DNA of 64,000 nucleotides, taken from positions 160,001 to 224,000 of the forward strand of contig CAVZDU010000001.1 in NCBI GenBank assembly GCA_963774265.1, read 5' to 3'. A model generated the notes under the pieces. It was not told the DNA's origin. It was given only the letters and a program-made list of their open reading frames with translations, and searched no databases. Positions 23,105 through 33,426 of the stretch are shown piece by piece (position 1 is the stretch's first letter; every line of letters begins with the position of its first letter). The DNA comes from an uncultured Chloroflexia bacterium. Its GTDB lineage: Bacteria; Chloroflexota; Anaerolineae; CG2-30-64-16. The position numbers and the translations under genes are program-made.

Positions 23105-24168
23105 CGGGCGCCCCTCCTGAACCTGAAGATGTAGCCGCGCGCCAGAATCAGCAAGATGATGCACCCCTGGATGACGTCCACCAGGGCGAATGGGACGCCG
23201 GCGTTGCGCTCCATCGCATTGCCGCCCACCACCAGTGCGCCGAACAGGAACGCGGACACCACCATGCCCAGCGGGTGCAGCTCACCCAAGAGCGCCACTA
23301 CGACGCCCAGAGATCCCATGCCGCGCGCAAACTCCTCGATCAGGCGGAAGTGCAGGCCGAACATCTCGCCCCAGCCGGCAATGCCGGCCAACGCACCGGT
23401 GAGCATCGAGACCAAAGCAATGGTGCCGGCTACGCCAAGGCCAATCTGGCGGGCAACCCGGCGGCTGGCGCCGACGATCTCGGTGCGCTGACCCAGCGTG
23501 GTCCGCCAGTAGAGGAGGGCAGCCCCCACCATCAGCAGCGCGACCAGGAACGAGACATTCAGGCGCGTGCCGGCCACCAGGCGCGGCAGCTCGAGCGCGC
23601 GGGCGATCAGCGGCGACTGCGGGAAGTTGAAGCCGGCCGGGTCCTTCATCGGGCCGTGCACCAGGTATGCCAGCAGATACACCGCAATGTAGTTGAGCAT
23701 CGAGGTCGTGATGACCTCGTTGGCCTGGGCGTAGGCTTTTAGCAGCCCGGCGATCAGGCTCCACAATGCCCCCGCCAGCGCGCCGCCGATGAGCGTCAGG
23801 GGCAACAGGATGGCCGGGGGCAGCTCGGAGAATGTCAGCGCAACCCAGATCGAAGCGATGCCGCCCAGGATCACCTGCCCCTCCGCGCCGATGTTCCAGA
23901 TCTGGCAGCGAAAAGAGAGCGAGACCGAGATAGCGACCAAAAGCAGGGGGGTGGCCTGGACCAGCGTTTCGGTGAACCGGTTCACCGACCCAAAGGCGCC
24001 ATCCCACAGGCTCTGGAATGCCAGCAGCGGGTTCTGGCCACTGATCAGCAGCAACAGGGCGCCGATCAACAGGGAGAGCGCCACGGAAAGGACCGCCTGG
24101 TAGGCGCTCCGCCCCAGCGCACGCCAATCGATGCTTCGCCGTAGGATCACCTGCTCACGCGTGGTCAT
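23101..24168 (-). CDS. Nucleoside/purine ABC transporter permease
   Basis: WNIGAEGQ, NEVITTSMLNY, VALLGELHPLG. Confidence 0.9.
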   Translation of the reverse strand: MTTREQVILRRSIDWRALGRSAYQAVLSVALSLLIGALLLLISGQNPLLAFQSLWDGAFGSVNRFTETLVQATPLLLVAISVSLSFRCQIWNIGAEGQVILGGIASIWVALTFSELPPAILLPLTLIGGALAGALWSLIAGLLKAYAQANEVITTSMLNYIAVYLLAYLVHGPMKDPAGFNFPQSPLIARALELPRLVAGTRLNVSFLVALLMVGAALLYWRTTLGQRTEIVGASRRVARQIGLGVAGTIALVSMLTGALAGIAGWGEMFGLHFRLIEEFARGMGSLGVVVALLGELHPLGMVVSAFLFGALVVGGNAMERNAGVPFALVDVIQGCIILLILARGYIFRFRRGAR

Positions 24169-25754
24169 ACGACACCTCCGGCGCCGTCGCCAGCCAGGGG
24201 TGTGCCGGCCATCATCAACCCCAGGGTCTGTGCATCGGCTGCACGTGCGTCCAGCTCTCCCATGGACTGGCCGTTGTACATGACCAGGATGCGATCGCTG
24301 AGGAGCATGATCTCGTCCAGGTCGGCCGAAATAAGCAGGATGGCAGCCCCCCGGTCGCGTTCCCCCATCAGCCGCTCGTGAACGTAAGCCGTCGCACCGA
24401 TATCCAGGCCGCGCGCCGGCTGGCTGGCAATGATCAGGCGCGGGGTCTGGCTCAACTCGCGCGCCAGGATCAGCTTCTGCTGGTTTCCCCCAGACAACGT
24501 GCTGGCTCGCACGAACGGACCCGGCGCGCGCACGTCAAAATCGTCCATCACTTGGGCCGTGAACTGGTTGATGGCGCGGTCATTCAAGAAGCCGAACGAG
24601 GAAAAAGGCCGGCGCCTGAACAGCTTCAAGGTAGCGTTCCGGGCGACGTCAAAGCCCAGGATGAGGCCGTCGTTTTGGCGATCATCGGGGATGTAACCTG
24701 TACTGCGCTGCAGGAAGTCATAGGCGCCCCAATTCGAGGCATCCTCGTCCGCGATGACAAGCTGGCCGGCCTGCAGGGGGCGCAAGCGAACGATCGTCTC
24801 GGCCAGTTCGCGCTGGCCGTTGCCGTCAACGCCGGCAATGCCCAAAATCTCGCCGCTGCGGAGCGTCAGGCTCACCCCACGCACGGCCGGCAGGCCGCGG
24901 TCATCATTGGCGTGAACCGCCTTCACCTCCAACATCACCGGGCCAGTGGTGCGCTGAGCTGCCGGCGCCTCGACCGGCGCGGCGTCTTGTGCACCGGCCA
25001 GGACCAGCACCTGGTTTCTCTGCTCCGCGCGCAGGGCGACAAGATCGCGGCCGATCATCTCCCGGGCGAGCCGCGCCTTGTCGGTTTCGCGCGTCAAAGC
25101 CTCGAAGACCACCCGGCCGGCCCGGAGCACGGTGACGCGGTCGGTGAGCCGCATCACCTCGTCCAGCTTGTGGCTGATGAAGACGATCGCTTTACCTTGC
25201 TCGGCCATCTGCTTCAGGCTGGCGACCAGGCTGTCGGCTTCCTGCGGGGTCAGGACGGCGGTAGGCTCGTCAAGGATCAAAATCTCCGCCCCGCGATAGA
25301 GGCTGCTCAGAATCTCGACCCGCTGTTGCTGGCCGACCGAAAGATCCTGCACGATCGCGCGGGGATCGATCTGGACCCCATTCTCTTCCGCGACCTGCTG
25401 AACCCGGCGCTCGGCAGCCTTTATGTCAAGTAATCCGCGGCCCTTGAGGCCCAGGATGATGTTCTCAGTAACCGTCAAGGGCGGAACCAGCCTGAAGTGC
25501 TGGTGCACCATCCCGATTCCGTGGTGGATGGCGTCGGCAGGAGAGGCGATCGTCACGGGCTGGCCCCGCACCAGGATCTGGCCGGCGTCCGGTTGGTACA
25601 GGCCGAACAGGATGTTCATCAAGGTGGTCTTCCCGGCGCCGTTCTCCCCCAGGAGGCCGTGAATCTCACCCTTGTGAAGTTCGAGATTGACCTGGTCGTT
25701 GGCAAGCACACCGGGAAACCGCTTGGTGATGCCGGCCATCTGCACGATGCCCAT
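24165..25754 (-). CDS. Tandem-domain ABC ATPase (CUT2/nucleoside type)
   Basis: GENGAGKTT, LSVGQQQRVEI, DEPT, LSGGNQQK. Confidence 0.93.
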   Translation of the reverse strand: MGIVQMAGITKRFPGVLANDQVNLELHKGEIHGLLGENGAGKTTLMNILFGLYQPDAGQILVRGQPVTIASPADAIHHGIGMVHQHFRLVPPLTVTENIILGLKGRGLLDIKAAERRVQQVAEENGVQIDPRAIVQDLSVGQQQRVEILSSLYRGAEILILDEPTAVLTPQEADSLVASLKQMAEQGKAIVFISHKLDEVMRLTDRVTVLRAGRVVFEALTRETDKARLAREMIGRDLVALRAEQRNQVLVLAGAQDAAPVEAPAAQRTTGPVMLEVKAVHANDDRGLPAVRGVSLTLRSGEILGIAGVDGNGQRELAETIVRLRPLQAGQLVIADEDASNWGAYDFLQRSTGYIPDDRQNDGLILGFDVARNATLKLFRRRPFSSFGFLNDRAINQFTAQVMDDFDVRAPGPFVRASTLSGGNQQKLILARELSQTPRLIIASQPARGLDIGATAYVHERLMGERDRGAAILLISADLDEIMLLSDRILVMYNGQSMGELDARAADAQTLGLMMAGTPLAGDGAGGVV

Positions 25755-25840
25755 CGCCGTCCCTCCTGCGCGCTGGCGCACTTCAGCTCCCGATGGGCCT
25801 GACACCCGCCGGGAGTTGAAGTGCGCGGGAAGACGTCCTG

Positions 25841-26924
25841 CTATTCTTCCAGTTTGACGGAGTCCAGGTCGCCGAGGTCGAGCGTTCCGGCTTCGAACTG
25901 CTTCTGGGTCGCTTCGAACTTGGTCAGCGCTTCAGCAGGGATCTTGCTCTTGACTGCTTCGTTGAAGGCGAAGGACACGCCCTTGTTGGCGAACTCGATC
26001 CAGTACGTCTTGTTGCCGAACTGGTTGGCGCCGATCTCGTCGATCATCTGGCCGTAGACCGGGGCCCAGTCGTAGACAAAGCTCGAAATGACGTTGTCCG
26101 GCGCGAGGCTCGTCTGTTCGGCGATGTTGCCGAAGCAGAGCTTGCCCTGCTCCTTGCAGGCGCCCAGGACGGCTATGCCGATGCCGTCGCCGCTCTGCCA
26201 GACGATGTCGGCCCCGGCCTTCATCTGGCTCAGCGCGGCTTCTTTGGCGCCGGCCAGGTCATTGAAGTCGCCGACAAAGTTGTTCACCACCTTGGCATCC
26301 GGGTTCACCAACTTGACGCCCTGCATGAAGGCGACGTGGCCGCGATGAATCTCCGAGACGTCAACGCCGCCGACCGCGCCGATGAGTTTCGTTTTGGTCA
26401 GGTACCCGGCGATGATGCCGGCCAGGTAGCCGCCCTGCTCCATCTTGACATCATACACGCCGACGTTCGCCGCCAGCTTGTACCCGGTGCCGATCGCGAA
26501 GTGGGCTTTGGGGAACTCCGGCGCGACTTTGATGATGGGCTCCTGGAACTGGAAGCCATGGCCGACGATCAGGTCGTAGCCCTGCTGCGCGTAATCCCGC
26601 AAGGCCGGTTCGATCGAGACCGGGTCGTAAACCTGCTCGACGACCTTGAGTTCGACCGGGACCTTGGCGTTCTTGAACGGCGCGCTGCATGCCGTCGTAG
26701 GACGCCTGGTTCCAGGATACATCGTCCGCCCGACCGGGCAGGATCAGCGCCACCTTGAGCGGCTTAACGGCCGGCGCGGCTGTCGCGGCCGGTGCGGCCG
26801 CTGCGGCTTGCGTTGGCGCTGGCGCCTGGGTTGCAGGCGGCGGCGTCACGCATCCGGCCACGAGCACCAGCAGCAGCGACAGGCACACGATTGTACCAAC
26901 GATTTGGACATGCCGAGACTTCAT
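25841..26924 (-). CDS. BMP-family nucleoside-binding lipoprotein; frameshift near 26680
   Basis: Lipobox LVAGC, Ala/Pro linker, DDVSWNQ, GYDLIVGHGFQF, GYLAG. Confidence 0.88.
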
Positions 26925-27083
26925 AGGGAACCTCCTCCGTTTTGTTGAATGAGATGATGGTGTTTCTCGAATCACGAGTTTGGCCTACGGGCAGGTTGAT
27001 ACCGGATGGTGGAAGCTGGCAGTACTATAAGGTGTTCGACGGCTCCCGTCAATATCCCAGGGGCGGTGCCCCGCTTGAATGCA

Positions 27084-28349
27084 TCATGCGCCGATTCTGT
27101 AAACCGTAGTCGGCGACGCGACGTACAATTCACCGTTCGCGTCCTGCCCGAAGGTGCGTGGGTTGTTAAGCACCCCGCCGACCACCAGCATTTTCGTCAC
27201 CGAGGACCCGCCCGCGGTGTGCCGCAAGGTCCACAGCTCTCCGCTGCAGTAGTCGGCAAAGAAATACAGCCCAGCCAGGAGCGGCTGGCTCGACCCGCGG
27301 TGCACATACCCTCCCGTGATCGAGCACCGGCCGCCGGAGTGGTCGTACTCGTGGATCGGCGCAACGACGGGCGGGTTCGACGCGCACGCGGGCGACCGAT
27401 CGGTGGCGTTGGGCAGCGTTCCCTCCCAGCAGTCCCAGCCGTAGTTCTGCCCGCCCGGGTTGAGGGCGGGTTGGAAATCGATCTCCTCACGGCTGGCCTG
27501 TCCGACGTCCGCGATCCACAGGTCGCCCGTCAACCGGTCGAAGCTAAAGCGCCAGGGGTTGCGCAGCCCGTAAGCCCAAATCTCATCGCACGCACCGCCC
27601 GCCCCGTCCGCCAGCGGGTTGCCCGCGGGAATACCGTAATTAAGGCCGGCCGCGCTGCCACACTTTGCACCCCCTGTCGTGTCCACGTCGATGCGCAGGA
27701 TCTTGCCGAGCAGGTTTCCGGTGTTCTGGCTGTTGTTCTGCGGATCGTACGAGCTGCCGCCGTCACCCGTGCTGATATATAAGTAGCCATCGGGACCGAA
27801 ATGCAGCGCACCGCCGTTGTGGTTGTCGAAAGGCTGGCTAAACTCGATGATCACCGTCTCGCTGTTGGGGTCCGCCACATCGGGGTCGCCGCTGAGCGCA
27901 AACCGCGACACCCGCGAGTGGAGCCCGCCGCCCGCGGCTATATAGGTGTAGTTGACGTAGAGATAGCCGTTGGCAGCATGATTCGGGTGGAAGGCCAGCC
28001 CCAGCAAGCCGCGTTCGCCGCAACACGCGATCCGCGTGCTGATGTCGAGGAAGGGGGCTGTCAGCAGGCCGCCGTTCTTGAGGATGCGGATCTGGCCGCC
28101 CTGCTGGACGATGAAGAGGCGGCGATCCTGCGGGTCTCCGTCGCCCGCGTGGGTCACGTCGGTGATGTCGGCCAGTCCCGACGCGACCGGCGTGATGCGC
28201 ACCTGGCTGGGCGCGGCCGTCCCTCCCGCGACGAACGGCAGATAAACGGTGGATGGACCCGCCGCCCTCCCCAGGGCCGGACCCATCATCACGACCAACA
28301 GCAGCGCGAGTAACAGCGCTCTGCGGCCTGCGCTACGGTGACCAGACAT
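27084..28349 (-). CDS. PQQ-dependent sugar dehydrogenase (GSDH family), secreted
   Basis: ERGLLGLAFHP, NHNGG.LHFGPDGYLY, GKILRIDV, YGLRNPWRFSFD, EEID. Confidence 0.9.
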   Translation of the reverse strand: MSGHRSAGRRALLLALLLVVMMGPALGRAAGPSTVYLPFVAGGTAAPSQVRITPVASGLADITDVTHAGDGDPQDRRLFIVQQGGQIRILKNGGLLTAPFLDISTRIACCGERGLLGLAFHPNHAANGYLYVNYTYIAAGGGLHSRVSRFALSGDPDVADPNSETVIIEFSQPFDNHNGGALHFGPDGYLYISTGDGGSSYDPQNNSQNTGNLLGKILRIDVDTTGGAKCGSAAGLNYGIPAGNPLADGAGGACDEIWAYGLRNPWRFSFDRLTGDLWIADVGQASREEIDFQPALNPGGQNYGWDCWEGTLPNATDRSPACASNPPVVAPIHEYDHSGGRCSITGGYVHRGSSQPLLAGLYFFADYCSGELWTLRHTAGGSSVTKMLVVGGVLNNPRTFGQDANGELYVASPTTVYRIGA

Positions 28350-28468
28350 GCGGACCCCCTCCGGGCGCCGCGTCGTGCGCGGCGAACCTGTGCATAATAT
28401 GCACCATTTCCAGGCCCGCCGCAGTCGCGCAGCTTCCGATGCCGGCGCACCACCAGGACGATCCGGTT

Positions 28469-29389
28469 ACTGGTGCACTGGTGCACTTGATTTCGGAGGG
28501 ATATACACACACACACCGCCCTGGCACAATGGACGTGCTCGAAAACGCGGATGACTCTGTAGAACCCCTGCCGCCACTGCCACAAACGTTGGGCTGCCTG
28601 TTGGCACGCGATAAAGCGGCTTACTACCCGAGCAGCGCCGCTCTCCAGACTCCCTGTAACGCCCGATAATCCAGCAGAATGATCCCCTCTTCTTTGACGC
28701 GCTCTTTCGCCTGTTGAGACGTCCAAAAATCAAAGTCCGTCTGGCGTATGTGATTGCCGTCGGGTTCTATGGCCAGCAACTCAGCATTGTCGAGACCGGG
28801 ATGGACCGCCCACTCACTCAGACCAACCGGCAACTCGTGCAGCATCTGTGCATAACGAGCGGCTTTGGTGACTGGATCCAGGCCGTAGCTGTCCAAAAAG
28901 TCGTAATCGCTGGCCGGTAAGCCCTGGCTGTGCACCTTTTCGATCCATGGTCGTCCGCGCACGCGGAGTGCCAGGCCGTATTCTTTGGCCAGCCGAAACA
29001 TCAGATCACGGTAATCGACCCACTCTGAGATGACGGTGAGGTGCACCGCGAAAGGATTTCGGGACGAGCCGCGAGGAAACGCATGGCGCGTAGAGCCCAA
29101 GGGCAGGGGACCATCAAGCTCGTGGAACGGACCACGCCTGCCTGCAACGTTTGAAAGATGGCCTCGTTGACCGCATGGCACATCCCAAAATCATCGGCGT
29201 TGACAATCAACAAAGGCGCATCAACCGGATATCCCAGCAGGCGGTTTGTTTGGCCTTTGTTTGGTGGCGTCATCTCGCTGCACACTCCGTGCGGATAACA
29301 TACCACGCATGGCAAATGCCGGCAATGAGTTACGGTGAGGGAGGTGTGTGTGTCTATCCCCCCGAAATCAAGTGCACTAGTGCACAAGT
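28469..29389. mobile_element. ~0.92-kb segment bounded by ~50-bp imperfect inverted repeats (non-autonomous element or invertible cassette)
   Basis: 28469-28522 ACTGGTGCACTGGTGCACTTGATTTCGGAGGGATATACACACACACACCGCCCT vs rc of 29338-29389 ACTTGTGCACTAGTGCACTTGATTTCGGGGGGATAGACACACACACCTCCCT; no clear TSD, no transposase. Confidence 0.6.
28624..29273 (-). pseudogene. YdjC/ChbG-family carbohydrate deacetylase, frameshifted and apparently internally deleted
   Basis: LIVNADDFGMCHAVN, STSLMVP, VHLT, EWAVHPG; central E..AQI / HLDxH segment absent between EWVDYR and DLMFRLAKEY. Confidence 0.7.
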
Positions 29390-29425
29390 CCGCGTACGGA
29401 CAGTGATCCGGCTGGGCATATGACC

Positions 29426-29746
29426 TCACGCGTCGCTGTGACTCGCCTCCCGCACGACATCCCACACGGCATCTGGATGCTTGGCAGCAACCAGCAGCAG
29501 GACGCGCGCGGGCCCGACCGGCGCGCGCCGGCCTTGCTCCCAGTTACGTAGGGTCTTGACGCTGATGCCCAACAGTGCGGCAAACCGGGTCTGCGACAGC
29601 CTGTAGCCTTCCCGGATGCCCGTCACGTCCAGGGGCTCGCGCTCCACGGTGAAAGTCCGCACTGGCGCGGCTTCCCCGCGTACGATCCGCCCCGCCTCAT
29701 CGATGCTTGTCATGAGCTCCGCAAACAGCTTGTCATTCATTGCCAT
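29426..29746 (-). CDS. HigA-like XRE/HTH antitoxin
   Basis: LFAELMTSIDEA...IREGYRLSQTRFAALLGISVKTLRNWEQGRR.P.GPARVLL. Confidence 0.85.
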   Translation of the reverse strand: MAMNDKLFAELMTSIDEAGRIVRGEAAPVRTFTVEREPLDVTGIREGYRLSQTRFAALLGISVKTLRNWEQGRRAPVGPARVLLLVAAKHPDAVWDVVREASHSDA

Positions 29747-29855
29747 ATCGCCTCCACTGCCTTCTTCAACAGGCGCAACTGCTCAGGAGACAGATCGTCC
29801 TGCTCGTTCTTGCCGTAAATCAGCAGCATATAGAACTGATCGCGGCTGAGGAGGT
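29737..29855 (-). pseudogene. 3' remnant of a RelE/HigB-type toxin
   Basis: DQFYMLLIYGKNEQDDLSPEQLRLLKK overlapping the antitoxin start; N-terminal part not recognisable upstream. Confidence 0.65.
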
Positions 29856-30082
29856 TGTGCTTTCTGACACCCAAATCTACCACAATCGGGATATCACAGG
29901 AAACCGACCAGCGCGGGATGAGACTCAAGATAGTCGTGTGTTTCGACGGCTCGGTGTCAATCACCCTGCCCACGGTCTTGAAATTGCAACAGCAATGCAA
30001 CCAACATACAAATATAGAACAAGCGATACACTTGGTGTAGACCGACTGCATAGTGAGGCCGTTACGCCGCGGAGAAGCACCG

Positions 30083-31130
30083 ATGGTTGCAGAAAAGAAG
30101 TTGCCTTCTGTCCAGCCTTTCAGGCCAAGCAAGATCCATAACTTCTATCGCTGGGTCGACAGGTTACCGGGGCCATCCTGGTTCTATTACGCCGGCATAG
30201 TCGTCGTCGCAGGCCTGCTCAACAATGCTGTCGCCTGGCGGGAGCAGGTGCTCGCCCCAGGCGAGATCAACATGTATTACGGGCTTACGGCTTTCTTTAT
30301 TGGGTACTACCTGTTTGCTAATGACATCCTGCTGCGGGTCGCCCGGGAATCGCTGATCGAGTTCCAGCCGCTGCTCGGTATTCCGGGAGCGAGCGCGATC
30401 GGATTGTGTTCGAGTTTACCCACATTCCTGAGAAGGGCTCGACGGCGGCCTTTGTGGTCGGGGCCGGAATCGGTTTTGTCCTGGCCCTGATGCAGGTGCA
30501 GACCGCGGTTGAGATGAACAATGCCTTTCCAGAATTCGAGGTGACCATTTTCTCCTTGACCTTCGGGATGATTTTCTTCTCGGTCTACCACGTGACCCGA
30601 GCATTCACCCTGATCAAGAGGGTGTTCGATAACCTGAAGACAGTCGACATCTACGACCAAAACTCCATCTATGCCTTGTCCAGGTATTCCGGGTTAGTGG
30701 TCGTGCTAACCGCAGTGGCGATATACCTGACATTTGTCCTTGCCCCCTCCCTGACCGAGCTGGCGAGCTACTACTGGGTGGCCTTCAACGCTGGTGTAGG
30801 AGTCCTTGCCTTGGCGATATTCTGGCTGCCGTTGCGAGCCGTGAACCGCAAATTGGTGTCGGAGAAGCGCAGGCTTCTGAAGAACGTATCTCTCCGCATC
30901 AAGGATACTGTTTGAGCTCATTCACAGCAGGATGGATCAGCACGAGTTGAAAGATATCACGGAACTACGAGAGGCGCTGGATGCGCTGAGGGCGGAGAAG
31001 GAGTACTATTGAGTCCATTCGCACTTGGCCATGGCGGCCGACTACATTGACCGGCGTGCTAACTGCGATTGTCTTGCCTCTTCTCATAGGCTTGCTGCTG
31101 AAGATCGTGACGCGACTGCTCAACTTCTGA
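30083..31130 (+). CDS. Hypothetical multi-pass membrane protein; several frameshifts
   Basis: Joined ORFs 30083-30400, 30406-30915 and tail RTWPWRPTTL...VLPLLIGLLL to TGA 31130; multiple hydrophobic helices; lower GC. Confidence 0.55.
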
Positions 31131-31267
31131 TTTGATACTCTGACGGCCTATCGTTCCGCACCCTTGATCCAGGAACGAGTCAGCTGGGAAGCAGTTGTTG
31201 GAGGAAATCGGCCGGGGAGAAGATCGGAAAACCTATCCCTCTGAATTGGTGTCCAACAGGACGCGGG

Positions 31268-31507
31268 TCACAAATACTTCTCCACCAGATGCTGCGTGTA
31301 CGCGTCTGCCAGGTCATTATCGCTCGGCGCGGGGCCTCCCCCCTTGAGCGCGCCTCGTAGTTGTCCGAAGGGTATGATGCGCCTCCGTTTATGATGAGCA
31401 GGCGGGGGCGCGGACTGGCGCATGCCGCGCAACAGTTCTTCGACCAGGCGAAGCTGCTCGCTCAATGGCAGGCGTTTCGCTTCGGACACAATCTCACGAT
31501 AACCCAT
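31268..31507 (-). CDS. Small hypothetical protein, antitoxin-like
   Basis: SD AGGAGG, TAGAAT upstream; AKRLPLSEQLRLVEELL...LRGALK...YTQHLVEKYL resembles partners of PIN toxins. Confidence 0.5.
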   Translation of the reverse strand: MGYREIVSEAKRLPLSEQLRLVEELLRGMRQSAPPPAHHKRRRIIPFGQLRGALKGGGPAPSDNDLADAYTQHLVEKYL

Positions 31508-31659
31508 ACAAGCCTCCTGTACGCCATTCTACACCAGGAGCCCTGGCCCATCAACCTCAGAAAGTGTGAGGAGAATGGAGAACGCCAGCGGCGCCCCATC
31601 AAGGGGCGCCGCCGGGGGTCGGGTCATTATGGCGTTCGACTCATCAGGCGAGACGCCGC

Positions 31660-33374
31660 CTATCGCTTAGCCTCCCACTTCTCGCACCAGACGAGCTCGT
31701 TGAAGTGTTGGCCCTTGAATTCCGACTCGCCCATGATCTTCCGGATCACCGCACGGATCACGGTCTGGGTGTTCTTGTAAGCATTAATGTACGTCTTGAC
31801 CATCGGCACATCGGTCAGGTGAGTCGTGAAGTTGAGCGATACAAACACCGTCGGCTTCTCCCAGACGAACCAGGGGATGTCGGCGCCCATCGGTGCAAGC
31901 CACTTGATCCGGTAATTGTTCTCCGCAGCGTAGCCCCGGATGTCGGAGAACTCCAGGACGGCATCGAACCTGGCGTTGAAATCCGCGACCTTGCCGCCGA
32001 TGCGCTGGGCGCCGTCCGCGAGGGTGACCTCGAAGCCGACCCGCTCCAGCTCTTCCTTGATCAGGTCCTCGATGCCGGCCTTGGCCTTGTAGATGCCGAA
32101 CTTTTCCTCGAGCTTCAGCACGTGCAGCTCGATGCGCTTGTGCGTCTCAGGCCGAATCGGCAGCTCATTCCTGGTGTTCTTGACCAGCGAGATGCACTTG
32201 TCGGCCGCGTCCTCGGCCAGGGCCAGGTGTTCCGCGCAGCCCACGGTTGCCAGACCCTCCACCGGCGGCGTCAGCTTGCCTTCCCCCTGGGCCTTGTGGA
32301 GGCCGATGGCCGCCTTGACGGCCAGGATGCGCCGCAGCGCGTCGATCAGGCGTTCTTCCGTGATGACGCCATTGCGGTAGCCGTCCAGCATGTAGCCGAA
32401 ATCCTCTTCTTCGTCGCGGAAGAACAGGAACATGTCGCAGCCCGCGGCGATCGCGCCCGGGACGGCATCTCGGCGTTTCATCGCGCCCGCCAGGCCCAAC
32501 ATGTGCGAGGCATCCGTGGTGACCAGGCCGTTGAAATCCAGCTGCGTCTTGAGCAGGCCGTTGATCAGCTCGGGCGCCAGGGTGGCCGGCATCACCTCAT
32601 CATAGGTCATGCCCGGCACGAGCTTGTAGGAGTAATACGGCAGCGCGATGTGCCCGGCCATGATCGACATCAGCCCGTCGCCGATCAGCTTCTTGTAGAC
32701 CTTGCCGAAGGTGGCATCCCATTCCTCGGGGCTCAGCTCGTTGACCCCGAGCACGATGTGCTGGTCGCGCTCTTCGGTGCCGTCGCCGGGGAAGTGCTTC
32801 ACGCAGACGGCGAGACCGCTGTGCTGGATGCCCTTGATGTACTGGGTCGTGTATTTGAGCACCGTGTCGGCATCGGTGCCGTAGGCGCGGGTGTTGACGA
32901 TGGTGTTGCGCCAGTTCGTGAGGATGTCGACGCACGGGTCGAAGTTCCAGTTGACGCCGATGGCTGCCTCTTCGCGGCCGGCCACATAGCCGACGTTATA
33001 AGCCACTTCCTCGCTGCCGGAAGCCTCCACCGCCGCGGCCGACGCGATATACGTGCCATCGCCGCAGCAGCCGTCCCCGCCGTTGTCGCAGTTGGCAGCG
33101 ATCAGGAGGGGATCTTGCTCTCAGCCTGGACGCCCTTCAGAAACTCATAGATCTCTTTCGAGTCGCTCCCCGAGTCCTTGTAGCGCTGCCCGCCGTAGTG
33201 GTATTTCTGGAGGGTTTTCCTGGCCGTCTCGAGGTTGAGGTTGTGATTGTGGCTGATGAAGAGCTGACCGATCTTCTCCTCCACCGTCATGCCGGCGATG
33301 GTCTGTTCCACCCACGCGATCGCCTCGTCATCCAAATAATACGGTTTCGCCTTCAGGTTGACCAACTTGCCCAT
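31660..33374 (-). CDS. Glycoside hydrolase family 3; frameshifts near 33030-33110
   Basis: EEKIGQLF, NTRAYG, CVKHFPGDG, IMAGHI, FNGLVTTDA, AIAAGCDMFLF. Confidence 0.88.
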
Positions 33375-33426
33375 CTGATTCTCCTCCTTCTGTAAGCTGC
33401 ACAAGAACAATCCGCTCCGATACGCA

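Noticed and set aside
31195-31262. Possible MITE (TGTTGGA...TCCAACA inverted ends)
   Set aside because: Only ~7 bp of inverted match and no TSD; insufficient support.
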